This document shows, one piece after another, positions 37,001-47,026 of a stretch of DNA of 48,136 nt. Within the stretch, counting starts at the first letter, position 1; every line of letters begins with the position of its first letter. The position numbers and the translations under genes are program-made. A model generated the notes under the pieces. It had not been told where the DNA came from and searched no databases. It worked only from the letters and a program-made list of their open reading frames with translations. Source of the stretch: Lama guanicoe (lineage: Eukaryota); NCBI GenBank assembly GCA_013239625.1, contig MU053917.1, forward strand, positions 144,170 to 192,305, read 5' to 3'.

Positions 37001-40000
37001 ATTCTTCCCTTCCATTTTCTGGGAGGGAAACTGGCAGAATTTCACAGAGTTTCTTTTCCTCTTAGCAAGGTGGACATGAACAGATGTGAGCTGGTGGAAA
37101 AGAAGCAGCTGTTGGCAGCAGAGGAGAGGGCAAAACTGGCTGAAAAAGAGACACGAATGTACAAGTGAGTTCAGCTCCTCAACACCCGCAGCTCAGAAAA
37201 TCCCTCATGGATTTTTTAAAAGCTTTTCTAAAATGTTCAGACACAGTATCATACACAGACCAAAACAAATGTTCAGAAGACATTTGTATTCATACTTCAC
37301 ACAGGAGAGAAAATGTTAAGTTTTACACACGTTAAGTTAAAGGTTTAACTTTACAAAATATTAAGTTACTAAGAATTTGCTGGTCCCCAGTGCTGGCCAG
37401 ACTGTGGAAAGACGGTTCACAGAGGTGTTTCTGAAGGTGCTATAAACTGCTCTCAACCTGAGGACAGCAGTTTGGTGTAGCGTCAGGTGCACCAGTAATT
37501 ATGGCCACGCCACTGGAGAGAACTACATGTCGTAAGGCTGAGAGGCAGGACAAGGATGTAAGGAAAAGAAGAATCGAATTTTATGATGAAAGATACTCAG
37601 TACAGGATACAGTAGGGAAATGCTGAGGATGGGCAAGGAAATTACGTGAGCGCAGAACGTGGCGGGCATGACGTAGTGGTGAGGGAAGGAGTGACTGCAG
37701 CGGTAGCTTCGAGCCTACTGTGCTTGTATAGTCATGTGACATCTGTCATGTGTGGTTAGGCAATGTGTACAAGCGTGTAGTTCGGATCATATGACTTGAG
37801 CAGGTTATTTAAAATCATACCCAGCATTGTGTTTTCTCTGATGAAACAATTTGTACCTCGTAGGAGAAGACTTGAAGAATTGCAACAGAAAATGCAGGAG
37901 GCAGAGGACGCCTTCAGACACCAGGTACCCTGCCTTCCCCCTGACACACCCGAGTCCTCGGCACCTGATGCAGACGGTTCCCGTGGCCCTGAGAGCCCCA
38001 ACCACGGGCCGTTTCTTGTGTTGACTTTTTCAGATCACACTTGCTGAGAGGAAGGCTGCAGACAACTGGGTGAGAATTTGTTCCCTTCCTTCCGTTTGTG
38101 CACAGTCGGCCACAACTGAACGTGGGTGTGGTTTTTCTCACACAGCTCAGGGCTCACGGCCTGGAGATGGAAAAGGCTGAGATGAGAAGAAGGGAGGTTG
38201 CCCACCTGAAACAAAGGTACAGAATTTTGACACATTTTTAAGAGTGTTTTGAGATTTCTAAGGATTGGCTGTTTGTGTCTAGGAGAGGAATTGATGATGT
38301 AATCCTTGTTGAAGCCATTCTTTCTCTGCCTTTAAGATTGGACGTCGCCTGCGGACAGAGGCAGGCAGGGGAGTGCGTGAGGCAGGCGCCTACCCCAGGG
38401 GGACCACACAGGCTGCCTCCACACAGGCTGCCTCCTCCCCTGAGAGGTAAGGAGCGCACCGTGAAGGGCAGCAGCTTCATTTCTGCAGCAAAAGCCGCCC
38501 AGTGGACTTCTTGTCCCCATGGGTGATTGTTGGGTTTCCTGGACACCATGCCATACACTCACCGCAGGGAACAGGTTCCCACTTGACTGACAGAACACTC
38601 TTTTCACATGCCACCCGCCAGCAGGGCTCTGTCCCCTGTGAGCAGTGGGCCGCCCCCCAGGCCCTTGGTTGGCTGGCCTGGCTGGTTTCTGTGCACTAGA
38701 AGACATGAGCGTCAGCACCCTCTTCCCTCCTGGAGACACTGTTGAAGGCTGGATTTTCCTTTGATTTCAGAAACATAACATGCACAGTGTTTTAGAATGA
38801 AGGCAGTGTTTCTTGATGAGGAAAACATCATCTTCGTTTGTCTTGGTGCATTAATATTCTATTCAAGATCTGCTTTAAGACAGCCAGCATTTCTTTACTA
38901 CTTTCGCAGGTCCCTTCATTCTTACAAAAAATGTTGCACAGTGACCTAGAGTAGCCAGCTAGTAAGTGACATTTCTACGTAGTCTCAGTCTTCCAGAGTT
39001 GTAAGTGTAACTCTAGATCTTCCATTGGATTCTCCAGATACTTCACCATTGTTTTGCCCATTATTACAATATTAGTCTTTCTAAAGCCACTTCTTTCATA
39101 AATACTTACACCTGGTCACTTAAACAAGACATTCTATCAGACTGAAAGACTTTAAAAATTAACCAGTGGGCTGACGCGAAAGCGAGGTGGAGCTCGTGGT
39201 CAGGGGGCGTTGATACTCTTCCTATGAACGGCTCTTCTGTTTTCATGTTTAACCTGCATAGAAACTGTGGCTTCCCCTGAAGTGTATGGTGAGTCCCCTG
39301 CGTGAGTGCTGATTTCCAGGGATCTGAGCCGTGAGCTCCCATCCAGGTTAATTAGTTATGAAAACACCTGGACTAGGGCTCTGGGGTGTCCTCAAGGGTC
39401 AGGGGCCCAGGCTCCCCTGGTCCTCGGGGTCGCCTGCGACACGACGGAAGCCCTCCGCCTCTGCCTGCAGCCCAGGCGTGGGCGGGAGCGGGCGTCTGTC
39501 AGAGTCGGCCGTCAGCGCTGCTCTCCCTTTATCAGGTTCAGGACCTGGCGCCGCGCCTGTGAGGAGCAGAGGCTCCTTCCCCGACGAGGAGGCCGAGGAC
39601 ACCCAGGTGAGAGCCTTCTTCCCGTCGTGTCTCCGTGGTCATTTTGTGTCGGGACTATCTCTGGAAACATCTGTTTTTCTCCAACCGCCCTTTCCTGGCC
39701 TTGCCTCTGGATTGGGTGTTCTGTGATGCGTCTGCCGTGTCACTTTTCAAAAGCAGACTCTTCCCCACGGCCTCTCCACTCAGCGGGTCACCTTTGGTGC
39801 TGCCTACACAGGCCATGGGTGCTTAGAGGCTGCAGACGGCAGGGCTGGCTCTGCGGCCGGAAGCAACCCGAGGGGACGACACTCACCTCCGCGCACGTCC
39901 CCTGGCGCGGCTGGCTCTTGTTCCCGGAGAAGAGCGTTTCACGTTACGCTCACGTAGCCCGGTTCCCTGACGGCCCGCGCAGCTGCAACAGTTGGTAAAT

Positions 40001-42946
40001 CTTCTGAGCGTGGTTGAAAGGACTTTTCCTTCTTGGTATCAAAATACGTACCTTTTAATTGTGTCATTTAGACAATTCCAGACAGTTTTCCACAGAACAA
40101 GGTTAGTCTGCTTTTGCTAGTTTACGTTAAATTGAGTATTGCCTGTGGAGTGAGATAAATCCCACGGCTGTGCCTGTGTGACTTCTGTGGGCATTGCTTC
40201 TGCCCGGAAACCCCTTCCCAGCTTGCCTCCAGGCCTCCAGGATTGCCATCTGCCCAGAGATCTTTGTGACCCTGGACAGCACCGCCAGACAGGACGAGGG
40301 GAGCAGAGGCGCCCAGCAGGGCCCGGCAGTCAGAGCTGGTCAGCACCCTGCTCTGCCTTTGGCAGCAGTGTGACCCTGGGGGTTTATCTCTCTCCTCGTT
40401 GAGCCTTGGTTTCCTTACGATTAGAGCAGGATGGTCACTGTTACCTTGCGTAGTTCTGAGAATCAGAGACAGGACGTGAAAAGTCTTTATGAGTCTCAGC
40501 TGAGCAGCTGTTGCATGTGTGGAGAAGGGACCTAGACCTTAGGTAAACAATCTGGTTCTAAGCCTCCAGGAGTAACAGAGAAGCCCAGAGTTCACAGAAA
40601 GAAGGAAGGAATACAGATGAGAGGAAATGAATGAAACAGCGAAGATGAAAACCATAAAAAAGGTGAACAAAACCAAGAGTGTGTTGTTGAAGAGGGTTTT
40701 AAAAATTGACAAGCCTTTACCTAGACTAACAAATTGTCAAGAGGGAGAGGACCCACGTCCACAGCATTATAAATAAAACAGGAGACGTTATGACTGATGG
40801 CACCGAAATACGAAAGATTGTAAGAGGCTACTGTGGACAGCTGCACAGCAACATACTGGACAACTTATACAAGAAATGGAAAGACTGTATTTCCTAATTC
40901 TAATATATGACCTACCAACACTAAATCGGGAAGAAACAAAACAGACCAGTTACTGCAAAGATGGAATCAGCTGTATTAAAATCCCGAGAAAGAAAAACCG
41001 AGGAACTGACGGCGTCGTTGGTGAAGAGAACCAGACAGTAAACAGGGACTTGATGCCAGCACCCCTCTAGCTCTTCCCAAAACTCAAAGAGAAAGGAGCA
41101 CTCACACTTACTTTCTGAGGCCAGCGTTGCCCTGATACAGAGGCAGAAAAGGCCTCTACAAAAAATGGAGGCCGAGCTCCCTGATGAGTACAGATGCAGA
41201 ACTGCTCAGAAAATACGAACAGTTCAAATTTATCGCCACATCAAGGGCATCATTCTCCATGACCACGTAGGATTTATGTTGGGGGACACACAGGTGGTTA
41301 AATGTGATGCATTGACGGAAGGAATAAAAGCTCCTACGGCCGTCTAAGTAGGCACAGGAAAGGCCTCTGACAGGGTTCAGTTCCCGTCCCTGGCATACTC
41401 TCTTACCAGATTAGGTCCAGAAGGAACTCGCCTCAACAGGGTAAAATCCACACACGTGCACAGCTGGCGCTGTACTCTGTGGTGAACGTTTCAGAGCCTT
41501 TCCTCTGAGATCAGGAAGGAGAGCAGAGTCCAGCGCCCACGCTCACCACTGCCGTTCCGTCTAGGACAGGAAGCTGCAGCCAGAGCGGTAAGACAGGGAA
41601 AAGGAGAGAGTCAGACTGGAAGGGAAGGAGCAGAGTGGCCTGTTTGCAGACGACATGGTCTCATGTGTAGAAAACGCCCGATGTCACCACCAAACAATGT
41701 TAAATTTAATGAACAAATTCATTTAAGTCGCAAGATAAAAAACAATTAATAGTCCATAACAGCATTTTTAGTCATTAACAGATTATCTGAAAAAAAAAAA
41801 AACAAAGGACACGACCCCACTTACAATAGCACCAAAAATAGTAAAACGCTCGGCAACAGCTTTAACCAAAGAGGTGAAAGATGTCTGCACAGAAAACTAC
41901 AGAACACTGATGAGAAAAATGAAGGTGGCACAACTACATGGGAAAGTCTCCCATGCTCATGAATTGGAAGAATTATTATTGTTAAACTGTCCGTGCCCCA
42001 GAAAGCAATCCACAGATTCGTTGCTTTCCCTTTCAAGATTTCAATGTCATTTTTATAAAAGTAGGGAAAAAATTCCTAATATTTATATGGATTCCCCCAG
42101 ACACCCTGGGGAGCCAACGTGATTTCCTGAGAAAGAAGAACACAGTGGTGGAGGCATCACAGCCCCCAATTGCAGGCTGCGTCATAAAGCTGTAGTTCCC
42201 AAAGCTGGCACGAAGCCAGACCCGGGACCGGTGGGACGCGCGCAAGAGCCCAGCAGTGAACCCACGCGGACACAGGTCACCGGACACTTGACAGGAGCCG
42301 CGGGTGCTCAGTGGAGAAACGGCAGTGTCTGGGATAAGTGGCGCTGCGGAAGCTGGGTGTTCCCGCGTGGAAGGATGGGGCTCCTGTCTTCTACCCCCAA
42401 AGTTTAACTTGGAGTGGCTTAAACCCTTAAGGGGAAGACCTGAGACCACCATTCCTTCTCCTCTCTGCTCTTCGCTCTCAGAGAAGGAGCCGTGGTGGGG
42501 GGGTGGCCCTGGGGATAGATGCTGGCTTGTCTCTGACCCCCGAGGCCTGGTCCCTTCCCTCCCTACGTGTGCAGCCCCTGGCAGTGACTTACAGCCTGGC
42601 CTCCTACAACTTCCCTCGGTTCCCAGTGGGACCCGCCAGAGGGCAGAGTTTGGGGGGCACTGATGCTGTTCTTTGGAACCCTGGTGGATGGGGAGGTGAC
42701 AGGGACGGATCCTGTCTTGGCTGGCGTTTGTGTTCGTGTGTTTGCCCACCATAGTAACATATTTTGAAACTGTCTTCTGTCCTGCAGGTCCGTGTGGCTG
42801 GAAGAGCCCCCCGTCCCATCCCAGCAGCAGCCTACGTGCTGTACCCCAGGCGATGTCCACCACCCTTCGTGGGCTGTGTGTCACCTCCACCGGGACCACC
42901 CTGGTGGCCCTGGGACCTCAACCGGCACCTCCACCTCCACTCTGTG
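22023..42946 (+). CDS. MIA3: Multi-exon diverged MIA3/TANGO1-like (cTAGE family) gene with short-isoform architecture; a paralogue rather than the orthologous MIA3 locus; functional or pseudogene status uncertain
   Basis: Series of AG/GT-bounded exons whose order, lengths, phases and translations follow the TM, coiled-coil and proline-rich exons of human MIA3 as recalled (see the individual exons). Confidence 0.85.
22788..23935 (-). mobile_element. 5'-truncated LINE-1 3' end (intronic)
   Basis: T-run, then ttattgaagtacagtcagtttac 3' UTR. ORF 23319-23543 gives [23 protein letters not shown]...[11 protein letters not shown]. Confidence 0.93.
26002..26133 (+). CDS. MIA3: MIA3-like membrane-anchor exon (132 bp, phase 0-0)
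   Basis: tttcag|...|gtgagt. [44 protein letters not shown] matches MIA3 LVATLPDDVQPGP...IASFAIFLWRTVLV in length (44 aa) and motifs. Confidence 0.92.
27490..27514 (+). CDS. MIA3: MIA3-like micro-exon (25 bp, phase 0-1)
   Basis: ctcctag|...tatcaag|gtaaga. MKRPKKYQ compares with VKDRVYQ. Confidence 0.85.
28988..29076 (+). CDS. MIA3: MIA3-like coiled-coil exon, copy 1 (89 bp, phase 1-0)
   Basis: cttttag|...|gtaccg. [30 protein letters not shown] compares with [30 protein letters not shown]. Confidence 0.88.
29326..29403 (+). CDS. MIA3: MIA3-like coiled-coil exon, copy 1 (78 bp, phase 0-0)
   Basis: ccgcag|...|gtaaaa. [26 protein letters not shown] compares with [26 protein letters not shown]. 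Confidence 0.88.
31220..31308 (+). CDS. MIA3: Duplicate of the 89-bp exon (copy 2)
   Basis: Same sequence and splice sites as 28988-29076. Confidence 0.8.
31558..31635 (+). CDS. MIA3: Duplicate of the 78-bp exon (copy 2)
   Basis: Same sequence and splice sites as 29326-29403. Confidence 0.8.
32375..32528 (+). CDS. Candidate remodelled coiled-coil exon (154 bp, phase 0-1)
   Basis: aacttag|...|gtgagg. Open frame [55 protein letters not shown] matches the end of the expected MIA3 exon. The acceptor is weak. Confidence 0.45.
32925..32996 (+). pseudogene. MIA3: MIA3-like exon with in-frame stop (72 bp, phase 0-0)
   Basis: gaag|...|gtaaat. [23 protein letters not shown] compares with [24 protein letters not shown]. 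TGA at 32982-32984. Confidence 0.85.
33448..33520 (+). CDS. MIA3: MIA3-like exon (73 bp, phase 0-1; alternative acceptor gives start 33452)
   Basis: ttgcag|...ctggaag|gtatgt. Ends in EDCSLE, compared with STKCNLE. Confidence 0.7.
33554..35421 (-). mobile_element. Tigger1 (TcMar) DNA transposon, internally deleted and decayed
   Basis: ORF 33937-34179 [32 protein letters not shown] matches the Tigger1 transposase C-terminus. Both ends resemble Tigger1 terminal regions (accaaaatgtgacacagaga...aaatgctgttgg). Confidence 0.9.
35558..35696 (+). CDS. MIA3: MIA3-like exon (139 bp, phase 1-2)
   Basis: tttacag|...|gtaagg. ESEKKAQ...KVGKE...KKVRFLDE...TQG aligns ungapped over 47 aa to DQVKKLE...KAGLE...QKVEILNE...LQK. 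Confidence 0.88.
37066..37164 (+). CDS. MIA3: MIA3-like exon (99 bp, phase 2-2)
   Basis: ctcttag|...tacaa|gtgagt. [33 protein letters not shown] compares with [34 protein letters not shown]. Confidence 0.88.
37864..37924 (+). CDS. MIA3: MIA3-like exon (61 bp, phase 2-0)
   Basis: ctcgtag|...|gtaccc. [20 protein letters not shown] compares with [20 protein letters not shown]. Confidence 0.9.
38034..38069 (+). CDS. MIA3: MIA3-like exon (36 bp, phase 0-0)
   Basis: ttttcag|...|gtgaga. [12 protein letters not shown] compares with IATHEKKAHENW. Confidence 0.92.
38146..38216 (+). CDS. MIA3: MIA3-like exon (71 bp, phase 0-2)
   Basis: cacacag|...|gtacag. [24 protein letters not shown] compares with [23 protein letters not shown]. 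Confidence 0.9.
38337..38446 (+). CDS. MIA3: MIA3-like exon (110 bp, phase 2-1), start of the proline-rich region
   Basis: tttaag|...gagag|gtaagg. [36 protein letters not shown] compares with LLELTQK...KPMPGKPNTQNPPRR. Confidence 0.85.
38610..38715 (+). pseudogene. Degenerate MIA3-like exon remnant
   Basis: ggctctgtcccctgtgagcagtgg (SPVSSG, compare SPVSGG). The expected acceptor reads ttttcacat, with no in-phase AG. Confidence 0.5.
39536..39606 (+). CDS. MIA3: MIA3-like exon (71 bp, phase 1-0)
   Basis: tttatcag|...cag|gtgaga. [24 protein letters not shown] compares with [27 protein letters not shown]. Confidence 0.8.
40550..42450 (+). mobile_element. Old LINE-1 ORF2 fragment (intronic, sense)
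   Basis: Decayed ORF2 wording (aaaattgacaagcctttacctagactaac, gaggtgaaagatgtctgcacagaaaactacagaacactgatg) and peptide [10 protein letters not shown]. Confidence 0.88.
42788..42946 (+). CDS. MIA3: MIA3-like proline-rich exon (159 bp, phase 0-0)
   Basis: cctgcag|...|gtaaga. [12 protein letters not shown]...PPPFVG..SPPPGPP compares with VNMAPKGPPPFP...; the MIA3-like ending GPQPAPPPP lies in a shifted frame. Confidence 0.8.
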
Positions 42947-43885
42947 GTAAGATGAACGCACAGTCAATCTGTGTCCTTTGAGTCTCTGCTGAAGGAGGGG
43001 AGTTGTCACTCCAGGGCTTTGCAGCACAGGGGTAAACCTGACCGAGGACACCGTAACGTTCTAGGTCCTTAGCGCGCACGTTTGATGGACTGTGTCATTT
43101 CCCCGCCCTGACCTGGGCAGCAGGTGTCTCCTGCAGAGAAGGAAAGAGGCTTGTGACAGAAAGTCAGACGTCCCAGTTCTGCACGTGTGCCTGGTGCGCG
43201 GACCATGTTGTGTGTGCTCTGTGAGGGGGGAGGCACATCCGTAACTTCAGGGGCTTAAGGTGTTTCCTCGAGAGGTGGGGAGGAGACAGAGAGGGGGAGA
43301 GAGACAGTCAGAACAGATGGCTTGTGGTCACCGTAAGAGAAGGGCCAGTACAGGGCCCCGGAGTACAGAAGAGGGACACGTGAGCCACACAGGAGCAGAT
43401 AGGTGGCTGTGGAGGAGAAGGAAGGAGATGAGGGGTGCCCAGTGGGGGTTTGTTGGATTCGCTCAGATGGAGCTGGAAGGTCACTCCCAGCAGGGCAGGC
43501 CGTTGGGGCAGGATGTGTGAAGGCAGCACGGGGCCCACGCAGAGCCACGCGTGTGTTCAGGGGGCCCAGTGCGGCCCTGCAGTTGTGCCCGTCAGAACCC
43601 GCTGCTGCCAGAAAGCCCTTAGTTCACCACCTTCTGCAAAGATGACTATCGCCCTTGGGCTTCTGAGTGTCCTGTCCCAGGTGGAGGAAAGCCCTGGGCA
43701 TGAGGGAAACTGACGTTTAACTGGGTTTGTTCAGGATATTTTGTGTGGCTGAAGTTTTCTTTTGCCCCAGTGATTCGAAAAGTGCAGGCAAGTTTCAGAC
43801 CAGCTGAGCAGCTGTCTGGGCCTTCAGCATGAGGCAGCTTCTTTGGGAGATCCGTGGGTGATCAGGGGGACCCCCCCCCTTGCAG

Positions 43886-44218
43886 GACCCTTCTCCCCAC
43901 ACCCCTGCACCCTCTGGTCACCACACCATCAGCTGTGCATCTGCCACGTTTATGTCACAGTCTCCAATTTCTGATTCTTTGCTTGAATTCCTGACGTTCA
44001 GTCCCGAATACCGAGACTCAGGGGGGCCTCCACAGGGTCTCAGGTTTGTTACATGTGAACCGAGGGTAACGCTGGTTTCGGATGTCATTGTGAGGAAGGT
44101 TGGATCAAGTACACATACTATTTTCAAAAATGGACATACTTCTCACTCAGCATTCTCCTATTTAAAAGAAAATGTCTGCACACGGATTCATCAAAAGGTA
44201 CCCCGGCAAGTACATTAA
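43886..44218 (+). CDS. Candidate terminal exon (110 codons plus stop)
   Basis: cccccccccttgcag acceptor, open in phase 0 to TAA at 44218, with ATTAAA at 44298. No recognised homology. Confidence 0.3.
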   Translation, partial: DPSPHTPAPSGHHTISCASATFMSQSPISDSLLEFLTFSPEYRDSGGPPQGLRFVTCEPRVTLVSDVIVRKVGSSTHTIFKNGHTSHSAFSYLKENVCTRIHQKVPRQVH

Positions 44219-45219
44219 GTTAAACTAAAGATACGAGAGCTCAGGCCGAGTTTACCACTGTCTTCTTTGAAGGTGAGGCGAAGGGTCCCTTTCTTCTATT
44301 AAAACTCATGTCTTACTAGTTAAAGAAGGAAGTGTAATAATGAGAGTGTGTGCATTTTGGGGTCTGTGTCTGAGGTCTGAAGACAGTCATTTTCGTTATA
44401 TAGACACACACAGATGCACATGCAACTGCAGTGTCCATTGGAGTCCATACATACATAAGAGAAGGCAAAACAGGAAAGAAGACCCCATCAAAACACAAAG
44501 CCCTCTTTGCCTTTCAGGACAGTCGGTGTGAGCTTTGAAGAGGCCCCTGCGCTGCAGCAGTGACACATAGAGCTGACGGCAGAGGCACATTACGGCCCCG
44601 GTGTCTCCCTGCTCCATCCTGCCCCCTCTGCTGTGGTCTCTCCTGTCGTCACCCCTAATAAACCTGTTACAGTTCTCTGTCTCAGTGTCTGCTTCCTGGA
44701 GGATCAGTGGTCACACCCTCTCAAGGGGACACAGTGCGATTCACGGGCACACAGTTCACAAGCCAGCAGGAACTAGGGTGTCAGGGCAGACGCAAGGTCA
44801 CCCCTGTTGGGCAGCAGTGACCGCAGGAGCCCAGGAGCTCCCCCTGGGGCGGTGGGCACAGCCTATGTCTAGATCCAGTGATGGCGGTGTTTCTTCCGTC
44901 TATAAACACTCACTGGGCACACAGGGTCTGTCAGTCACAGGGGTGTCCAGTCGTGAGACACATGACCAGGATGAAGGGGCCGTGTCTCGTGGTGAGGAGC
45001 GGACAAGGGGCCAGGAGCAGCCGTGGGCGTCCAGCGAGAGGCCCTGCACTGACCCAGGCCTATGCCTCTGCCCCACGTGGTCACCTGCCCCTGCAGCCCC
45101 AGTTCTAGGGGGACTGAGGGCAGCAGTTTTCTCAGTAAGTCCCATGAGCTTCCTTCATCCTCCCACAATTTCCTTACTACGAAGTGAGCAGGGCAGGGGT
45201 CACTGTTTGGGACAGCACC

Positions 45220-45686
45220 ACTGCCAAGGAAATGGTGTTGGGTAGAAAAACCTGGCTCCCTTCAGGTCTCCCAGTCCACTCCATTCTGCCCTGGCTGCCC
45301 CTGGAGCCTGCGGGGCCCGCCCTCCTTCCAGGTGGGGAAGGCGGCCAGCCCTGCAGGAGCAAATCCAGCAGGAGCAGCCTCTGTACCCAGACTGCGTCCA
45401 CTGTGAGCAGTGCCAGGGCCGCAGCTTGGCCGTGAGGGTGCAAGGGCTGGGATGGGTGGGGCCCTGTCACCCTGGACAGGGCTGGACCGGAATTGAGGGC
45501 CTGGGGGGAGACAGGGAGAAAGACAGTGCATGAGTGACAGGTGGGGGTCAAGTCATAGAGAGTGACAGGAGGTGATAGAGGAGGACCAGGTAGAGCGAAG
45601 CAGAGACAAGAAAAGGCAGGAAGGAAAGAAGGAGTCAGCCCAGGGTGCGTGGTGGGGACCACGGGCCAGGGTGACTCGGAAGGGGA
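45220..45686 (+). repeat. Low-copy segment, inverted paralogue of 20144-20710; contains candidate exon 45332-45455
   Basis: Colinear reverse-complement similarity to 20144-20710 with one 81-bp indel. Confidence 0.85.
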
Positions 45687-45874
45687 GTTGGCCCGTCCTT
45701 CGCCCTACAGCTGCCACTATCTGGGCCCCAGGGACCAGCAGCCCGCCCAGGTTACAGGCCCCATCCGCCCTCAGGAGGGGGCCGAGAGCCGCCCCCACTG
45801 CCCTCTGGCCACCCCGGTAAGGGGCACCAGGAGGGCTCCCCCAGCACCACAGAGGTGCTGTCTCTAGTTTCACA

Positions 45875-45955
45875 CAGAGACCCTGTGAGCAGGCACCGTC
45901 CGTCCCCGTTCCACAGAAGGGAAACTGAGGCTCGGCCAGCCGGCTGACCTGGCCC
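45875..45955 (-). mobile_element. MIR fragment
   Basis: ccccgttccacagaagggaaactgaggctc is a MIR core motif. Confidence 0.65.
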
Positions 45956-47026
45956 TGTCTGCAGGGTTATTTAGTTTCCTGATTCTTCTTTCCCAGTCAG
46001 GTCGGTGCCCCCTGTGTTACTAAGAAGGTCCGTGTGTGCAGGATGTGTGCACGTGTCGGGGGCGCAGGATCCCGGGAAGCCTGAGGGAGGTGGGCACGTC
46101 TGCCCTTGGGAGGCCCCGGTAGGCTCAGATAGAACTTCCTAGGGTAGCCCCACATCCTGAAGGGTAAGTGGGTGTTTGCCAGGCAGAGGACAGGGCAGCC
46201 CAGGCCGAGGCATGACCTGAGCAAAAGCCTGAGCACATAAGTGTCTTCAAAGTCTGCAGGTGTTCGGGGTGGCAGGACCCTGAGCAAACAGAAGTGTGAT
46301 GAGAGTGAGGGGCTGAACGGGGCAGCCTGGAGCAGAGCCAGCACAGGACGGGGCCCCCACCTCACCCTCCAGCAGCTGACCACCTTGGGTCCCTTCTCCT
46401 CCTGGGCAGCTCCACCTTGCTTCCAGCCAGGTTCCCCTGAGGACCCCTGTGCCCAGGCAGGCGGGCAGGGGAACGAGGCATCCCTGGGGGCTGGGCCTGG
46501 CAGGCTTGGTGGGTGTGGTGGATTTTGGGGGGGGGCCGGCCCTGCTGGCAACCCAGCACCACCAGGTGTCCCCTCCCTGCCTGGTGGGGATGCCTCGCCG
46601 GTCTGCCCGCACCTCTCTGCTGTGAGTGGAGTATCACCCAGGAGCCTCTTTAGGGCAGGCCTCGGTGCCCCACAGTCAGCCAGGGCATTGGGGGCCTGGT
46701 TGGCTGTTGCGGGCTGAGAGTGGGAACAGATGGTAGCCGTCGCGCTGCGGGGAAGGCTGGTCTAGTGCCCCAACCGGCTCTGTGCTCATGAAGGGAGGCC
46801 TGCCTGAGCTTCCCAGCCCCTCCTAGCTACCCCAAGCACCTTAGATGGCTCAGACAGGTTATCCTGGGCCTGCAATGGGGGTCTCCCGCCAGGGCTGCCT
46901 CTGCTTCCGGGTGATGAGCTGCCTCCCCTGCTGTGGCCCAGGGGGATCTGTGTGGGCCCATGGGGCACCCCAAGCAGGGAGGGCAGGCTGCAGTGGGCAG
47001 GGTGGACCGGGGCCCCCTCCTGCTGG

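Noticed and set aside
39306..39998. 230-aa ORF, and the similar long ORFs at 42033-42899, 44601-45245 and 47113-47798
   Set aside because: GC-rich or repeat-overlapping chance frames with no recognisable domain. The real exon at 39536 uses a different frame.
22023..42946. Calling this the orthologous MIA3 or MIA2/CTAGE5 gene
   Set aside because: No SH3 or large lumenal exon, too diverged for a mammalian orthologue, and several exons are lost. Exon sizes and motifs fit MIA3 ancestry better than cTAGE5.
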